The position numbers were made by a program, and so were the translations under genes. This document shows, piece by piece, positions 61,340-64,000 of a DNA stretch of 64,000 nucleotides. Source of the stretch: Candidatus Latescibacterota bacterium (lineage in GTDB: Bacteria > Latescibacterota > UBA2968 > UBA8231); NCBI GenBank assembly GCA_965218365.1, contig OZ244619.1:3715231-3779230 (forward strand). Reading direction: 5' to 3'. The stretch's first letter is position 1; every line of letters starts with the position of its first letter. The notes under the pieces are model-generated. The model was not told the DNA's origin and ran no database searches. It saw only the letters and a list, made by a program, of their open reading frames with translations.

Positions 61340-61411
61340 TGTCCGTTCCTTTCTTGCAGTTGTAGCGCCGCGGGTCCGGTTCCGGGAGGGCGCTTCCTTG
61401 CCGGGAGTGCT

Positions 61412-64000
61412 CTATTTTCCCCGCGCCACCAGTTCTTCCAGGTTCCAGCGGACCGGAATGCGCATGCGCCCCTCGTCCTTGCGGTCGAAGAGAAGGTAGC
61501 CCCGCTCCACTCCGTAGTGAAAGAGATCGCGGGTGATCTCCACGTCCTTGCGGCAATATTTCTCGATCAGGTCCATGCGGCCCTCCTTGTACCAGCGCAA
61601 CGCCTGCAGCCCGTCCGCCGATTTGGGGGTGTTCAGGGTAGCCCTGGCGAGGGCGTCCAGGCTGACCCGGTAGTTGAGCCGGGCGTAAACTTCGCGCAGG
61701 ATGTCGAGGGTGTTCAACTGGCGGAAGTCGAAGTTGGTGTAGCCTTTGAGAACGCTGTAGTCGAAGCCGGCGATATTGAAGCCGATGACCATGTCGGCAC
61801 GGCGCAAGTGCTCGATCAGGGCTTCCACGTCGTTCTCGAAATAAGGGGAAAAATCGTTGAGATGGCTGTCCCAGACCAGGCCCACGGACATGCCCATGAG
61901 ATAGGCCTTGTGCCAGCCGCCCACCTCGCCGGCGCTGCGCATGGTCTCCAGGTCGAAGACCGCCAGGCGCGGTCCCCGGTTCGCCTTTTCTTTCGCCTCC
62001 CCTTCTTCCTTCTCCCCTTCCCACGGAGCGAAGAGCGGCGGCTCGTCCTCGTCGCGGGGCAGGGGATCGACCCCCAGGGCCTGGCGCCCGGTGAGGAGGC
62101 GGAGCAGATGAATGCAGCCGGCCTTGTCCAGGGGCGCGTTGCCGGCGCCGCAGGTGGGAAAGTGGATGCAGGAAGGACAGCCGAGCTCGCACTGGCAGCC
62201 TTCCACCAGCTCCAGGGTCATCTGCAGGAGCCGGTCCAGAACCTCGAAGCCCTTCTCGGCCAGGCCGATGCCTCCGGGATAGTAGTCGTAGACGAAGATC
62301 GCTCCCTTGCGCAACTGGGGATGGAGGGGATAGCAGATGCCGCCCACGTCGGTGCGGTTGCTCAGGGCAAGAAGCGGGAAAAGGGACTTCATGGCGTGCT
62401 CGACGGCGTGAATCGAGCCCATGTAGTGGCAGCCGCGGCGCCGCAGCGCCTTCTTGAAGGGGGAATCCAGTTCGAGCCAGAAGCCGGTGGTTTCGAAGTG
62501 CTGCACCGGAGCCTCCAACGGGTGGCGGCTGAGGACGAACTGGTCGCCGACGCGGATTTTCTCGTAGCCCACCACCTGAGAGCTGACCTTGAGGCGGCCG
62601 AACTTGGCGAGGAAGCCTTGCATGGGCCTGGACCTCAGCTCCTCGAGAATTTCGGTCTCCTTCTCGGTGACGGCGCGAGTGTAGTAGGGCTCGTCCACTT
62701 CGCGGGCGAAGATCCGGCGCTTGTCCGCATCTCTGCCGGCGATGAGAAACTGGCGCCCGCGGTGCAGGTAGAGGGCCCCGTCGTAACACTCGGAGTAGAC
62801 CTGGCTGCCGCTCACCGTGGCGATGACCTTTTTGGTATCCTGGCGGCAGATGGTCCAGGCCTCGCCGATGGCGCGCATGTTGACCAGGCGGTGGGGCCGC
62901 CGCCGCGCCGCGTGCCAGGCGTCGCCCTCGGCGCTCTGCAGCAGGACGCCCTCTTGCACCAGTTCGTCCAGGGCCTGGCGCCAGCCCGGAATGTCGTATT
63001 CGGCCTCGTCAAGGGTGAGCGGCAGTTCGCGCGCGGCGCAGGCCAGGTGGCTCTTGAGGATGTAGGGGTTGGAAGGGTCGACCACCGCGTCTTCGAAGGA
63101 GCCCTCGAAGAAATGCCCCGGGTGCTTCATGAAGAACTGGTCCAGGGCGTCCTTGCTGGCGATGAGTATGATCAGGGACTCGCGGCTGGAGCGGCCGACG
63201 CGTCCGGCGCGCTGCCAGGTGCTGACGATGGAGCCGGGATAGCCCACCAGGATGCATACGTCCAGGCTGCCCAGGTCGATCCCCAGCTCCAGAGCCGAGG
63301 TCGATACCACCCCGATGAGGTCGCCGCTGTTGAGCCCGGCTTCGATCTGGCGCCGTTCCTCGGGAAGGTAGCCGGCGCGGTAGGAGCTGATGAGGTGGCG
63401 CAGGTCCGGGCGCTTGCTGGTGGCCCAGCGGTAGATGAGCTCGGTGATGACCCGGGCGCGGGTGAAGACGATGGTGCGGAAGTTGCGGCCCACGCTGAGT
63501 TGCAGCAGGTGCGCCGCCAGGGTGTTGGGGCTCTCTCCGGGGTTGAGGAAGACGAAGTGGCGCGGGGCACTCGGGGCGCCGTTTTCCACTATGGGGTGGA
63601 AGGTCCGGTTCACCAGCCTGGAGGCCAGATCCTCGGGGTTGCCGATGGTGGCCGAGCAGGCGATGTAGGTGGGGTCGCTGCCGTAGGAGGCGCAGACGCG
63701 GTTGAAGCGGCGGAAGAGGTGGAGGACGTGGGAGCCGAAGACGCCGCTGTAGGTGTGGAGCTCGTCGATGACGACGAATTTGAGCGCGGCGAAGAAGGAG
63801 GCCCAGTGCTCGTGGAAGGCGAGCAGGGCGGCGTGCAGCATGTCCGGAGTGGTGATGAGCACGTGCGGCGGAGCGGCCTTGATTTTACTGCGGTGGTGGG
63901 CGGTGGTGTCGCCGTCGTAGATATCCACCCGCAAGTCCGAATCGAGGCGGCCCAGCAGGGTCTTGAGCTCGTCGAACTGGTCCTGCTCCAGGGCCTTGAG
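61412..64000 (-). CDS. YprA/MrfA-like DEAD/DEAH-box helicase with DUF1998-type zinc domain and fused C-terminal DEDDh 3'-5' exonuclease domain (partial; N-terminus beyond window end)
   Basis: Helicase motifs VVIDELHTYSG (II), SATIGN (III), ..ILVGYPGSIVSTWQRAGRVGR (VI). The cysteine cluster CQCELGCPSCIHFPTCG marks DUF1998. The C-terminal LAVFDLETMRS...MVIGFNIAGFDYSVL...YCRKDVEITRDLFHY gives Exo I/II/III motifs. The ORF is still open at 64000. Confidence 0.7.
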   Translation of the reverse strand, partial: LKALEQDQFDELKTLLGRLDSDLRVDIYDGDTTAHHRSKIKAAPPHVLITTPDMLHAALLAFHEHWASFFAALKFVVIDELHTYSGVFGSHVLHLFRRFNRVCASYGSDPTYIACSATIGNPEDLASRLVNRTFHPIVENGAPSAPRHFVFLNPGESPNTLAAHLLQLSVGRNFRTIVFTRARVITELIYRWATSKRPDLRHLISSYRAGYLPEERRQIEAGLNSGDLIGVVSTSALELGIDLGSLDVCILVGYPGSIVSTWQRAGRVGRSSRESLIILIASKDALDQFFMKHPGHFFEGSFEDAVVDPSNPYILKSHLACAARELPLTLDEAEYDIPGWRQALDELVQEGVLLQSAEGDAWHAARRRPHRLVNMRAIGEAWTICRQDTKKVIATVSGSQVYSECYDGALYLHRGRQFLIAGRDADKRRIFAREVDEPYYTRAVTEKETEILEELRSRPMQGFLAKFGRLKVSSQVVGYEKIRVGDQFVLSRHPLEAPVQHFETTGFWLELDSPFKKALRRRGCHYMGSIHAVEHAMKSLFPLLALSNRTDVGGICYPLHPQLRKGAIFVYDYYPGGIGLAEKGFEVLDRLLQMTLELVEGCQCELGCPSCIHFPTCGAGNAPLDKAGCIHLLRLLTGRQALGVDPLPRDEDEPPLFAPWEGEKEEGEAKEKANRGPRLAVFDLETMRSAGEVGGWHKAYLMGMSVGLVWDSHLNDFSPYFENDVEALIEHLRRADMVIGFNIAGFDYSVLKGYTNFDFRQLNTLDILREVYARLNYRVSLDALARATLNTPKSADGLQALRWYKEGRMDLIEKYCRKDVEITRDLFHYGVERGYLLFDRKDEGRMRIPVRWNLEELVARGK

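Overview
This is a high-GC (roughly 65%) bacterial chromosomal segment in two parts.

The right third (about 47.2-64 kb) is an ordinary housekeeping block. It holds class I fructose-bisphosphate aldolase, glutamate dehydrogenase, pntAA/pntAB/pntB transhydrogenase, a homocysteine methyltransferase facing ahcY, KDPG aldolase, Fe-alcohol dehydrogenase, a class III aminotransferase, msrB, a class V aminotransferase and a partial YprA/MrfA-like helicase.

The left two thirds (about 3-47 kb) is a heavily reworked accessory region. It carries 13 copies, all on the + strand, of one dispersed repeat. The repeat is the 3' end of an IS91/ISCR-family element (Y2 rolling-circle transposase). The copies vary in their 5' truncation point but share an identical 3' terminus (...tcctatactt). 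None retains an intact transposase.

Lower-GC foreign segments and many truncated genes lie on the 3' side of the copies. Resident genes in this region are secreted glycan-degrading-type proteins: a BNR sialidase, beta-propeller glycoside-hydrolase-like paralogs, an FG-GAP giant protein, a sulfatase-like protein and an M23 peptidase.

Two candidate defence/toxin modules are embedded here:
- A translationally coupled HEPN, ParA/MinD-like ATPase (KGGVGRS) and AAA+/P-loop NTPase triad at 38.4-41.65 kb, sitting exactly between two direct copies of the repeat.
- A SAMHD1-like HD dNTPase coupled by an ATGA overlap to a Panacea-like small protein at 23.2-25.1 kb.

No rRNA, tRNA or CRISPR array was found. 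Nothing was run: every call comes from reading the sequence and the ORF track, and all coordinates of non-ORF features are approximate.
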